Notes under the pieces: generated by a model | Told to the model about the DNA's origin: nothing | Seen by the model: only the letters and a program-made list of their open reading frames with translations | Database searches by the model: none | Assembly: GCA_964016885.1 (NCBI GenBank) | Contig: OZ024763.1 | Span: forward strand, 3,162,001 to 3,226,000 | DNA: 64,000 nt | Reading direction: 5' to 3' | DNA from: Eledone cirrhosa | Lineage: Eukaryota | Shown: positions 13,088 to 25,137 of the stretch, in pieces | How the letters are laid out: the number at the start of each line of letters is the position of its first letter | Numbering within the stretch: the first letter of the stretch is position 1 | Made by a program: the position numbers and the translations under genes

Positions 13088-14303
13088 GTGAGTCGACAAT
13101 TTCTGTGTATTTTCTGATATTGAATGTGGTAAAATTTGTGATAGTGAATGTGGTAACACTTGTGATATTGAATGTGGTAACACTTGTGATATTGAGTGTG
13201 GTAAAAGTTGTGATATTGAATGTGGTAAAAGTTGTGATAGTGAATGTGGTAACACTTGTGATATTGAATGTGGTAACACTTGTGATATTGAGTGTGGTAA
13301 AAGTTGTGATATTGAGTGTGGTAAAAGTTGTGATATTGAATCTGGTAACACTTGTGATATTGAGTGTGGTAAAAGTTGTGATATTGAATGTGGTAAAAGT
13401 TGTGATATTGAATGTGGTAACACTTGTGATATTGAGTGTGGTAAAAGTTGTGATATTGAATGTGGTAAAAGTTGTGATATTGAATGTGGTAAAACTTGTG
13501 ATATTGAATGTGGTAACACTTGTGATATTGAGTGTGGTAAAAGTTGTGATATTGAATGTGGTAAAAGTTGTGATAGTGAATGTGGTAACACTTGTGATAT
13601 TGAATGTGGTAACACTTGTGATATTGAGTGTGGTAAAAGTTGTGATATTGAGTGTGGTAAAAGTTGTGATATTGAATCTGGTAACACTTGTGATATTGAG
13701 TGTGGTAAAAGTTGTGATATTGAATGTGGTAAAAGTTGTGATATTGAATGTGGTAACACTTGTGATATTGAGTGTGGTAAAAGTTGTGATATTGAATGTG
13801 GTAAAAGTTGTGATATTGAATGTGGTAAAACTTGTGATATTGAATGTGGTAACACTTGTGATATTGAGTGTGGTAAAAGTTGTGATATTGAATGTGGTAA
13901 AACTTGTGATATTGAATGTGGTAACACTTGTGATATTGAGTGTGGTAACACTTGTGATATTGAGTGTGGTAAAAGTTGTGATATTGAGTGTGGTAAAAGT
14001 TGTGATATTGAGTGTGGTAAAAGTTGTGATATTGAATGTGGTAACACTTGTGATATTGAATGTGGTAACACTGTGATATTAGAATGTGGTAAAATTTGTG
14101 TAATAACTATCAGAAGAGGGGAAAATGTGTTTTTTTTTTTTAATGACTTGGCTTTGAACTACATTTTTAAAGTGTAAATACTGTTTTATATATATATATA
14201 TGTGTGTGTATGGGGTAATATTGGGCTCCGTCGCTCTACATTGAAACATGTAGAATTAAAATTGTTTAAAGTATAACTTGGGTATTCTCTCTCTCTCTCT
14301 CTC

Positions 14304-14369
<66 letters not shown>

Positions 14370-14764
14370 CATACATATAATCATAGAATAACAAAAGCCA
14401 CAGTTTACTAGAAAGATTAATTTATAAACGACAAAGTAAAAAGAAAACCATGTTGTATTTTGAGTTTTTGTTTCAAAAGCTGACATAATATATTGTGATA
14501 TTTCTTCTCAGGTACAATACAAGACACATTGCCTTGAAGGTAGCCTACCTTGGGTGGGACTACCATGGCTTTGCTGTACAAGAGGACAATGAAAAGACTA
14601 TTGAGGCAGCATTGTTTGAAGCATTGATTAAAACGAAATTAGTTGACTCACGGTAAGTACATAGAATATTTACTATAATCAGTAGAGCGTCAGACAACAT
14701 TTGTTATGCATAGAGTTACGTCCAAAAATATTGCTGGCCTTGTGCCTTAAACAGAAACCATTAC

Positions 14765-14806
<42 letters not shown>

Positions 14807-16447
14807 GGCGGTGAATTGACAGTATCGGCAGGGTGTCGGAGACCATGCTTTGTGGCATAGAGTTACGGCCCTTTACGGTCTGAGTTCAAATCCCGTTGAG
14901 GTTAGCTTTACCTTTCATCCTTACAGGGTCGATAAAATAAAGTACCAGTAATGTACTGGGGTTGATTTAATTGACTTCTCACTCACCCCAAAAATTGCTG
15001 GCCTTGTGCCTAAATCAGAAACTTTTATTACGGTCTATTGGCAGTAGTCGGTCGAGCATCGAACAACATAGAAATGTTGCCAAAGAAGGAGATAGGAGGA
15101 CCCTTCAGTTTGTGTCAAAAAGCACAACTTCTCTGCACTTGATATGATCATATGTAAGTGGGAAACAGACCTTGGCCTCTCTGGGATATTAGTGGCCCCA
15201 CTTCAGTACTGGCATGGTCAGTAGACCTATCCTATCCTTGATAGCAGGAAAGGGGACGGTATTCAATGTTATTTAACCCTTTAATGTTCAAACCGGCCAA
15301 AACCGACCAGAATTCTCTACCTTTTTCTGTTGAAACTGGCTGTAACTGGTCACTCAAACTGATGTTAAGGTATTGTTCTCAAAATAAATACTTTCAAAAT
15401 CTCATAGATTCGATATTATGTGAGATAATTATGCGAGATAAAGCATTTACCATGAAAATATAATAGTAAATACAGAGTAATGTGGTGAATGCTAAAGGGT
15501 TAATGAGTTTATTACTGCAGTGTTTATGTATGTATGGTCCCGTAACTCCTGATAGTTGTAGGGGTGCCGTATTGACCTACAGCATTTCTTGGGTATTTTA
15601 AACCTGGTGACCTGGTGGAGCCCATCCCTCTCCAGGCCTGAGTACAGCAGATTTCTTCCAGGGAGAGGAAGAATCGACTCCAGTACGAGACTGGTACTTA
15701 TTTTTATTGACCTCGAAAGGATGAAAGGCAAAGTTGACCTCGGCAGGATTTGAACTCAGAGAGCTGGAACAAATACCATAGAACATTCTATCTGACATTC
15801 TATTGACTCTGCCAATTCACTGCCTGTTACTGTTATTTAATGAGTTAGTACTGTAGTAATTACTGTTATTTAACGAGTTAGTACTGTAGTAATTACTGTT
15901 ATTTAACGAGTTAGTACTGTAGTAATTACTGTTATTTAACGAGTTAGTACTGTAGTAATTACTGTTATTTAACGAGTTAGTACTGTAGTAATTACTGTTA
16001 TTTAACGAGTTAGTACTGTAGTAATTACTGTTATTTAACGAGTTAGTACTGTAGTAATTACTGTTATTTAACGAGTTAGTACTGTAGTAATTACTGTTAT
16101 TTAACGAGTTAGTACTGTAGTAATTACTGTTATTTAACGAATTAGTACTGTAGTAATAACTGTTATTTAATGAGTTAGTACTGTATTAATAACTTATTTA
16201 ACGAGTTAGTACTGTAGTAATAACTGTTATTTAATGAGTTATTTGGTAATTACAGTTATTTAACGAGTTATTTGGTAATTACAGTTAATTAACAAGTTAT
16301 TTAATTAGTTTTTCTTTGTTAATTACCAGGGAGAATTCTAACTATCATCGTTGTGGAAGGACGGATAAAGGAGTGAGTGCTTTCTGTCAGGTTGGTATCT
16401 GTTTATCTTTATCTCCCTTCTCTCCCTCCCTCTCTCCCTCCCTCTCT

Positions 16448-16524
<77 letters not shown>

Positions 16525-19500
16525 ATCACTCTCTCTCTCCATCACAGTCTTTAACAACATTTGGCTGTTTTGACATCTGTTCTAGCGATGAATTTTCTCA
16601 TTTTTTTTTTCTCTGAACAACAATCAGGTTTCCCTAGATTTCATTCTAATAAAAGAAATATTGTTATCGCTATCCAACATTGGTGCCGTATGGTTCTAAT
16701 AACCAATATACTTCTGTGACTGCTGTAATTGATTGCCATTGATTTTATTTTATTTTACTATTTGTAGGTGATATCCTTGGATCTTCGAACATCGTTGTTA
16801 GAAGGGCCAGGTGTAAAAGTCCGTCAGAATGGCACAGCTCACGAAAGACCAGGTATGGAGACATTTCATAAACTACTTTTAGAAATATTATAGCTTTTTT
16901 TATTCCTTTTTTTTTTTTTAATTATTTATTATTTTTATTTGGTTACTCTTTTACTGTTTTACCTGTTCCAGTCATCTGGCTGAGGCCATGCTGGGGCACA
17001 TCCCTTCGTTATACATGAAAATGTTTAATTGTTGTTTTTTTTTTTTTCAGGCGACAACATGACTGAAATCAAATATGTTCATATTCTCAACAAAGTCCTG
17101 CCCCCTGAGATTAGGGTGTTAGCCTGGGCACCTGTGGACCCTTCATTTAGTGCAAGGTAATGTCACGTAGGTCAAGGAAGGATGAGAGGAATAGAGTGAG
17201 ATGGCTGGGTCATGTGTGGAAGAAGGATGAAATTGATTGTTGTGAGGAGTGAAGAAAATGAATGTGGAAGGAATTAGGTAAGATGAAGACCAAGAAAGAC
17301 ATAGCTAAAGATGATGGAGGAGGAAATGAAAACCAGGGGGTTGGTTAGTTGGTGGGGGCAGGGTTGCAGAATGGGGGTAAGATAAAGAAGCTTGTCATGT
17401 GACCCCCACCACTAAATAACCCTTGCTTTGGCAGGGACAACAACCTTAAAACACTTATTTTTCATCCATATTTACAAGCTAACAGTTTTTACTGAGTTTT
17501 TTTATATTTTTATTTCTATTTAACTTTTCTTTTTTTTTTTTTTTAGGTTTAATTGTAAAAGAAGAAATTATAAATATTTTTTCCCCGTTGGAAACCTAGA
17601 TGTTCAGGTAAGTTTAATTGACAAATGTCAAGTTTTAAACAAATCACAATCTCACCAAAATATCATATTTTCACACGATCTCTTGTGTTTACTTCTACAG
17701 TTAACATTGTGTGCTGTAAGACCAATTAAGCGGCTAATTAGCAGAGTCGTTAGAATGTCAGATAGAATGCTTTGCAGTATTCGTTCCAGCTCTCAGCACT
17801 CTGAGTTCAAATCCCGCCGAGGTCAACTTTGCCTTTCATCCTTTCGAGGTCAATAAAAAAAAAAGTACCAGTCTAGTACTGGGGTTGATTCTTCCTCTAT
17901 ATCTCTTTCTCACTTCCTCTCTCACTCTATCTCTCCACACATATATATATAATACCAGTCAAGTACTGGGGTCCGTTCTACCTCTATATCTCTTTCTCAC
18001 TTCAATTCTCTCACTTTTTATCTTTCTCTGGAAGAAATTTTCTGTGTTCAGACCTGGAGAAGAGATGGGCTCCGCCAGGTTTAAAAATGATGCTCTAGAA
18101 ACGCTGTATGTCAATACAGTAACCCTTGCGACTCCTTCAGGAGTTATGGGACCATACATACATAAGATCAATTACTATATATACTCGAATATAAGCTGAG
18201 GAATATGTGACTAAAAATTAATGGTAGAAAGGGAGAGTCGGCTTTTATTTGGGGTCAATATTTTGGTAATTTTCACTGACTTCAAATTCTACGTAAATAA
18301 AGTTGTCGATTTTTGCCCATTTCTCAGACATAAAATAGTGGGGTCAACATATATTTGAGTATAATATGATATATTATATAATATAATATATATATGTGTT
18401 TGTGCATAGAACAATAAAAACAAAACAACAGATGTCAGACGTAGGTAGTTCATTGATCGTGGAAGATCAATGTATCGATCAGCATGGTAGTGGTTAAGTT
18501 ACTACCTATTTCTAGTGTTGAAATCCCTGTTTGATAATATAGTATAGTATAAGTATAATATAATATAACATAACATTAATATAATATAGTATAATATAAT
18601 ATCATATAGTATAATATAACATAACATTAATATAATATAATATAATATAGTATAATATAATATAACATAACATTACTATAATATAATATAATATCGTATA
18701 GTATAAGTATAATATAATATAACATAACATTAATATAATATAGTATAATATAATATAAAGTAAATATTTAAATGCCTTATTTATGTTTAACAGTTGATGG
18801 CAGAAGCCAGTCAAAAGTTAGTTGGAGAACATGATTTCCGAAACTTCTGTAAATTAGATGTTGCCAATGGTGTTGTGAGCTGTAAAAGAAAGATTCTTTC
18901 TGTTGACATTATGGTTGTAGAACAAGGGTAAGTGACTTTATTTTAACCCTCTCATTACCATATTTCTAATGAAAGACACTGCCTATGTCTTTAACCCTTC
19001 ATTACCATATTTCTAATGAAAGACACTACTTATGTCATTAACCCTTCCATTACCATATTTCTAATGAAAGACACTGTCTATGTCAACCCTTCATTACCAT
19101 ATTTCTAATGAAAGACACTACCTATGTCATTAACCCTTTCATTACCATATTTCTAATGAAAGACACTACCTATGTCATTAACCCTTTCATTACCATATTT
19201 CTAATGAAAGACACTGTCTATGTTAACCCTTCATTACCATATTTCTAATGAAAGACACTACCTATGTCATTAACCCTTTCATTACCATATTTCTAATGAA
19301 AGACACTACCTATGTCATTAACCCTTTCATTACCATATTTCTAATGGAAGATACGTCATTAACTTTTTTTTTATAAATAATTAATCTGTTTGTTCGTTAA
19401 TAAATATAATTATCTATATTACCATATCTGATTGTTTCCATTATAGACCAAACGGCTATGAGATTTGTGAGTTGTGTATTGTTGGCCAAGCTTTTCTATG

Positions 19501-22500
19501 GCACCAGATACGTTGTATCATCGCAGTATTATTTCTTATTGGAGAAGGCAAAGAATCTCCAGAGGTAACTACACATGTTTGTTTTTATTAAATGTTCATC
19601 TTTTATCATATAACTAGATTGACTAACTGACTTTACTAATTGCAACATGTTAATATAGAAAATATTTTGAGAGTGCAAGAGGTGACTGATTTCATTTGTT
19701 ATCAGGTGGGTGAATCACTTTCATTGTCATAGAAGGATTTGGTGAAGAAAATTTTGTGTAAATATTTTATGATAGCCAGCAAGATTTTATGTTCATATAA
19801 CTGTTGGAAATAACTTAGAAATCTAAACTATAATAGATGTGTGTCTTAAGTTTTGTGTTTTCTTGAAATATATTCTTATTTGAAGACCACTAGAGTGAAC
19901 TGGGTGCTTTTTGTGATGTCACCTACAAGGCCACTTTGCCTTAACCCTAAACCTAACCTTAACCCCTACATGACCACTTTACAGGGTGGACTGGGTGCTT
20001 TTTGTCATGACACCTACATGGCCACTTTACCCTAAACCTAAACCTAACCCCTACATGACCATATTACAGGGTGGACTGAGTACTTTTTGTTGTGACACCT
20101 ACATGGCCACTTTACCCTAACCCTAACCTCTACATGATCACTTTACAGTGTGTGCTGGGTGCTTTTTGTTGTGTCATCAACACAACCACTTTACATAAAA
20201 TATAAAACAAGAATAAATAGATAATTGACAGCTATAAATAAACGTCTGAACCAAACTAAAGAATTTAAAATAATTATTAAAAGTTCATTATCAACATTAA
20301 TTAATTGTTTGTTTGTTTTTGTAGATTATTGATGAATTATTAAATGTTGAGAAAACACCACGGAGACCCCAATATAACATGGCTTCTGGTAAGTTGGACC
20401 TGCAGTTTTACATATCATCATCATCACCGTCATCATTATTATCACCATCAGCAGCAGTGTTTAATGTCCGTCTTTACATATTCATTATCATCACCGTCAT
20501 CATCATCATCATCAATGTTTAATGTCCATTTTCCACACTGGTATGTGTTAGGTTGTCATGTTATAAGTCATGTCAGGTCTGGAGATCACAGCTCTGTATT
20601 TTGACCTGGTTTTTGTTGTGTCACCAACACAACCACTTTACATGGTGGACTGGGTACTATTTGTTGTGTCACCAACACAACCACTTTACAGAGTGGGCTG
20701 GGTGTTGTTTATCATGTCACCAACATTAANNNNNNNNNNNNNNNNNNNNNNNNNNNNNNNNNNNNNNNNNNNNNNNNNNNNNNNNNNNNNNNNNNNNNNN
20801 NNNNNNNNNNNNNNNNNNNNNNNNNNNNNNNNNNNNNNNNNNNNNNNNNNNNNNNNNNNNNNNNNNNNNNNNNNNNNNNNNNNNNNNNNNNNNNNNNNNN
20901 NNNNNNNNNNNNNNNNNNNNNNNNNNNNNTGACTACACAATATAGTCTAATGAGGAGGCGTATAAACCCACTGAATGAGAAACAGATGGGTATCAATATG
21001 TGTGCTGACTATATTATATAGTCAATGTTACAGCGACGATTCTATTTCAATATATATATTTGTAAAACAGACACCTGTATATATATATATATATATTTGT
21101 AATTACTTTAGTTGATATTATTTCTAAAGATTGGATCTTTTGCTTCATTTGTAGATTGTCACGAAGAAAATATTAGACATTTTCAGAAGATATGGGCCCA
21201 ACATGCTATCAAGTAAGGTTCTTTAATAATTTCAACATGATTCAGGTTTATATTTTATCTTAAAGTTCCTTTTTAATGAATAAAATATGATGATGAGTGG
21301 TTTTATTTCATAGGACCAGAGATGGTTTTGTCCAGGTTGGTAACTAAAGGGTTAAATTACTTTAACTTGATGGGTTTCGGCCAGTATTGGCCCAGGCCAC
21401 GTCTAATTTAATAGCATCACCTAAATTTACTTTTCCACAAATCTTTTTACAGAATTAATTTCTGTTATCTCCGATATATACCATTCTCTAATTCTAAGTT
21501 TAATTCACATTAAATAATACAAAGCTAAACAAATGCTGTTTTACTTGTTGCAAGTGTGGTACTGTGACCATAAAGTTGGTTTCAAGCCAGGAGGTTTGTC
21601 AGGCCAGTGCTTATCCCGGTTTCATGGCATGAAGCAACAGATTACAAAACTTCCTCTGGACAGGACACCAGTCCATCGCAGGGTTTAAAGTCTGTTTCAA
21701 CTCCGGAGCTTCATCAAGCCGCTGCTTATCCCAGTTTCATGGCATGAAGCGACTGAGAACAAAACACCCCCCTGGACAGGATGTCAGTCCATCGCAGAGT
21801 TTTAACTGCCCCCAGCTATTACTGGTACTCATTTTCAGCTGAGTATACTGGAGGAATACGAAATGAAGCGTTTTTGTTCTAGAATATAACACACAACTCT
21901 GTCCAAGGTATCGAACCCATGACATTATGATTGCAAGTCCAACACCTTACCACTTGGCCACAAGCCTCCTCTGTGGCCATGCTGGGGCATAATGGGGATT
22001 TGGTTGATTTTTGATTTAGTGATCTAAGTAAAGAACTGGTTGTTATCAGAGTGAAATAATTTAGTTGTTTTTTCTTTCTTTTCCAGAGCTGCGATGGTTA
22101 AACAAATGCTTGAAGGACTTAACAGCCACAAAGTAGAAACTGGTAGGTATTCATCATCATCATCATCATCTATACTGTGGTGGGGACCTTATTTAGTGGT
22201 GGAACCCTATAGTATATTGTGGTGGAGCTCTAGAAGCCCCGTATTGTGGAGCCATAGGAGCCCTATACTGTTGTGGAACTTTATATTGTGGTGGAGCCCT
22301 ATATTGTTGTCTAGCCCTATATTGAGTTAATTTATATTAAATCTAACATTCTTCTCTCTCTAGATACAGACATAGCTCCGTGGTGTGAGCTGAGTGAGCC
22401 GATACTTGCCCAAAGTTGAATGGTTGACACCTGGTTGTAAACCAAGACATTATAAATCTCTGCTACAAAGACAGACTTGTGGTAAACCTCGTTAACTTTC

Positions 22501-23310
22501 ATATTAATTACTTCTTAACCCTTTAGCATTTACATTATTCTATATTTACTACTATATTTTCATGGTAAACGCTTTATTTCACATAATTATCTCACATAAT
22601 ATCGAATCTATTCGATTTTGATATTATTTATTTTGATAACAATACCTTAACATCAGTATGAGCAGTCATTTACGGCTGGTTTAAACAGAAAGAGGTGAGA
22701 GAATTCTGCCGGATATGGCCAGTTTAAATGCTAAAGAGTTGATATCTTGTAAATGGTTTAGCAGAAAATATATGTTTTTTAATATTCTTAGAATTGAGAT
22801 CACAGCTCTGATGCTACAGACATGTGGTTAGAATGTCTCAGGAAAGAATCACTGGACAGTGAGATCACAGCTCTGATATTACAAACATGTGGTTAGAATG
22901 TCTCAGGAAAGAATCACTGGACAAATTTGAGAGATCACAGCTTTGTGTGTGGAAAGACAGAGAAAGACATAGTATGTTTGTGTGTGTGGAGAGAGAGAGG
23001 GACATACTATATGTGTGTGTGTGTGGAGAGTGAGAGACATACGTAGTGTGTGTGTAGAGAGAGAGACATACATAGTGTGTGTGTAGAAAGATATATATAT
23101 ATGTATGTATGTGTATATGTGTTAGCAATATCTGCTGTTTTCTTCAAAAATGTTTCAAAGTGTTAAAGTTTCTCTTCTTTTTTTCTCATTTCTCCTCCTT
23201 CCCCCTTTTACACCATTTCAGAGAGTCTGGAATCAAAAATAGAACATTATTCAAAGAAAAGGAAATTTGCTGAAAATCAAGATTCTTGGTCAGGATTTGC
23301 TGGGGAATGA
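12963..23310 (+). CDS. PUS3: tRNA pseudouridine(38/39) synthase, TruA family (whole visible spliced CDS)
   Basis: Phase-consistent GT-AG exons give the diagnostic motifs RHIALKVAYLGWDYHGFAVQE, YHRCGRTDKGVSA (catalytic Asp), ILNKVLPPEIRVLAW, FSARFNC, GEHDFRNFCK, GQAFLWHQIRC, RPQYNMAS and SLESKIEHY. Confidence 0.95.
13115..14100. repeat. 24-bp minisatellite GTGATATTGA(A/G)TGTGGTAA(AAG/CAC)TT
   Basis: Direct reading; explains the 8-aa repeat ORFs on both strands. Confidence 0.97.
14512..14652 (+). CDS. PUS3: PUS3 exon (YNTRHIALKVAYLGWDYHGFAVQEDNEKTIEAALFEALIKTKLVDSR)
   Basis: TruA motif I; AG/GT boundaries in phase 2. Confidence 0.95.
14806..15030 (+). mobile_element. SINE family A full copy (others at about 3677-3875, 15648-15825 (-), 17728-17890, 41107-41300)
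   Basis: Same head, centre and tail motifs; inserted after (ATT)n. Confidence 0.85.
15826..16300. repeat. 33-bp minisatellite TTACTGTTATTTAACGAGTTAGTACTGTAGTAA
   Basis: Direct reading; ends about 30 bp before the PUS3 catalytic exon. Confidence 0.95.
16330..16390 (+). CDS. PUS3: PUS3 catalytic exon (ENSNYHRCGRTDKGVSAFCQ)
   Basis: GRTDKGV motif with the catalytic Asp; CAG/GT boundaries. Confidence 0.95.
16768..16852 (+). CDS. PUS3: PUS3 exon (VISLDLRTSLLEGPGVKVRQNGTAHERP)
   Basis: TAG acceptor, GTATGG donor; continues QVISLDLR. Confidence 0.9.
17051..17156 (+). CDS. PUS3: PUS3 exon (DNMTEIKYVHILNKVLPPEIRVLAWAPVDPSFSAR)
   Basis: Conserved LNxxLPxxIRV and FSAR motifs; CAG/GTAATG boundaries. 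Confidence 0.95.
17547..17607 (+). CDS. PUS3: PUS3 exon (FNCKRRNYKYFFPVGNLDVQ)
   Basis: RxYxY motif; TAG/GTAAGT boundaries. Confidence 0.95.
18794..18927 (+). CDS. PUS3: PUS3 exon (LMAEASQKLVGEHDFRNFCKLDVANGVVSCKRKILSVDIMVVEQG)
   Basis: GxHDFRNFCK motif; CAG/GTAAGT boundaries. Confidence 0.95.
18943..19362. repeat. Tandem array of about 46-49-bp units TTAACCCTTTCATTACCATATTTCTAATGAAAGACACTACCTATGTCA
   Basis: About 9 units starting 15 bp after a PUS3 donor; related single ends at about 40385-40420 (-) and 47604-47638. Confidence 0.9.
19447..19564 (+). CDS. PUS3: PUS3 exon (PNGYEICELCIVGQAFLWHQIRCIIAVLFLIGEGKESPE)
   Basis: GxAFLWHQIR motif; TAG/GTAACT boundaries. Confidence 0.95.
20325..20388 (+). 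CDS. PUS3: PUS3 exon (IIDELLNVEKTPRRPQYNMAS)
   Basis: Conserved IDELLNxEKxPxxPQYxMA; TAG/GTAAGT boundaries. Confidence 0.93.
20730..20929. other. Assembly gap (200 N) inside PUS3
   Basis: Run of N. Confidence 1.
21155..21212 (+). CDS. PUS3: PUS3 exon (DCHEENIRHFQKIWAQHAIK)
   Basis: Matches the NIxHxQxxWAxHAxK segment of PUS3; TAG/GTAAGG boundaries. Confidence 0.88.
22087..22142 (+). CDS. PUS3: PUS3 exon (AAMVKQMLEGLNSHKVET)
   Basis: CAG acceptor in phase 2 and GTAGGT donor; MLxGL continues the family pattern. Confidence 0.85.
22364..22481 (+). CDS. PUS3: PUS3 exon with apparent +1 frameshift (DTDIAPWCELSEPILAQ / EWLTPGCKPRHYKSLLQRQTC)
   Basis: TAG acceptor at 22363, donor at 22482. In-frame TGA at 22417-22419, while the conserved YKxLxxRxxC motif lies in the +1 frame. 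Confidence 0.8.
23222..23310 (+). CDS. PUS3: PUS3 terminal exon (ESLESKIEHYSKKRKFAENQDSWSGFAGE*)
   Basis: Polypyrimidine tract and CAG at 23221, LESxIxH motif, TGA at 23308-23310, AATAAA near 23564. Confidence 0.88.
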
Positions 23311-23884
23311 AAAATCTGGATAAGATAACTGTGCCAAATAAGAGATTCGCGTTTTTTTTTTCTAATTTTTTTTTTAATGGGAAAGATCCACTGATACAGT
23401 GTGTTTAACAACCAGATTACGCTAGAAGTAATCTAGGTATTGACTAGTCCAAAACATAAAGGGACCAGCAGTGGACCCCCAGCTATTATTATTTGTCTGT
23501 GGTTTTGTTTTTGTGTTTGTGTTTGTATTAATTTACAATTTAGAGTCCAGTTTCAAAATTTAAAATAAAAAAAAAGAGTTAATATTTTGTATTTAGTCCA
23601 GCAAAGCATGTTAGGAGGTGGGAGAAATAGATAGAGAAAGAAAGAAAGAAAGAATGAATAAATGCTAAAAAATATATATATATCATCAAATTAATATATC
23701 TAGCAAAAAAATAAAATTATATATACATATATATGTTTATATATATATATATGTTTATATATGTATATGCTTGTGTGTGTGTGTTTATATGTATAAATAT
23801 TTGTGGTTGTACTTGTGTGTGTGTCTGTCTGTCTGTCTGTCTGTGTGTGTGTGTGTGTGTGTACATTTATATATAATGCCAATG

Positions 23885-23922
<38 letters not shown>

Positions 23923-23979
23923 TTTATATATACACACATACATGTATATGTAGATATACTTATATGTATGTGTGTATAT

Positions 23980-24011
<32 letters not shown>

Positions 24012-24936
24012 TATGTACATATATGGATATATACTTATATGTATGTGCGTGTATATATATATATATATATATATACAAACACATCAGCCATTTGTGGTGA
24101 GTGAGGGTTTCATAAAACAAAAAAAAACACATCCATGTAAACTAAAATTGCTGCTTATGTCCTCCACAATAAGTTGTAGAGCTTTCATCGATTTTAAAAC
24201 TATTGCTTCTGATTCTAGACTTAAAACTGTTTAGTCAGGATTTCAGTGAAGTGGGGATAGGTGCAGGGGAGAGGGAGTCTGCATCACAGCCTGCTACGTT
24301 GATACGTAGGAACTAGTTAATCTATTTGTGGTATGTCTTTTAGTTTGCATACATATAACACATATACTCATACATAACCATCTCCTACACATCTACACAC
24401 ACACATATATATATTGAGCTGACTATATATATATAGTCAGCTCAATATTTATAAATGTATGTATAGGAAAATGTGTGAAATCCTTGGTACAGTTATGTAT
24501 ATTTAAAAAAAGGAAAAGAATGACTTCACTTGTTCTAAACAATTTAATTTAACTTTATAATATTATAAAGTTAAGTTAAATTGTTTAGAACAAGTGAAGT
24601 CATTCTTTTCCTTTTTTAAAATATATATAAATATATCAAGTAAGTTTGTTTTGAAACAGCGAGCGAGTTTGAACTTAGAAATAGAAGCTTTCGCTGTATT
24701 TTTTAGTAAAGAAATTTTTTAACTTGATAGTGGAGTTTAGAATCCTCTAAGAAATGGAAAAAGATGATTATTGACATATATAGAAATACATGTACATCAA
24801 TACTCATCCTTTTTCCATTTAGAGGTTTTTAAATCCCACTATCAGGCTATTTTCTTTAGTTAAAATGTGTCGAAATCTTCTATTTCTAGCTCAATTTCAA
24901 ACTCCACTCGACGTCTTCAAAACAACATGCTTACTT

Positions 24937-25015
<79 letters not shown>

Positions 25016-25099
25016 CAAATAATAGAAAGGAAAAAGATTCTTTCAGTAGAAAATGTTGAAGAGATGTTTTCAGTGAGATATCAAAACATTAATTTATTT

Positions 25100-25137
25100 A
25101 CAATACCGGTTTCACCATTATATGCATTGTCATTTGT
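25100..25137 (-). ncRNA. Degenerate minimal hammerhead remnant at the centre of a long inverted repeat
   Basis: Minus strand reads ACAA-aTGAcaA-TGCATATAATGGT-GAA-ACCGGT-A-TTGT-AAATAAA. The core has two mismatches to CUGANGA; stem III is the palindrome ACCGGT. Confidence 0.5.

Noticed and set aside
12941-14076. 376-aa and 348-aa repeat ORFs
   Set aside because: 24-bp minisatellite in a PUS3 intron; the only real coding part is the exon 12963-13087 in another frame.
14235-14262. GAAACATGTA (palindromic stem III-like)
   Set aside because: No upstream CUGANGA core or stem I partner.
19940-20130. CCCTAA-like telomeric units
   Set aside because: Only 2-3 degenerate units embedded in an RTE-UTR-derived tandem repeat; not an interstitial telomere array.
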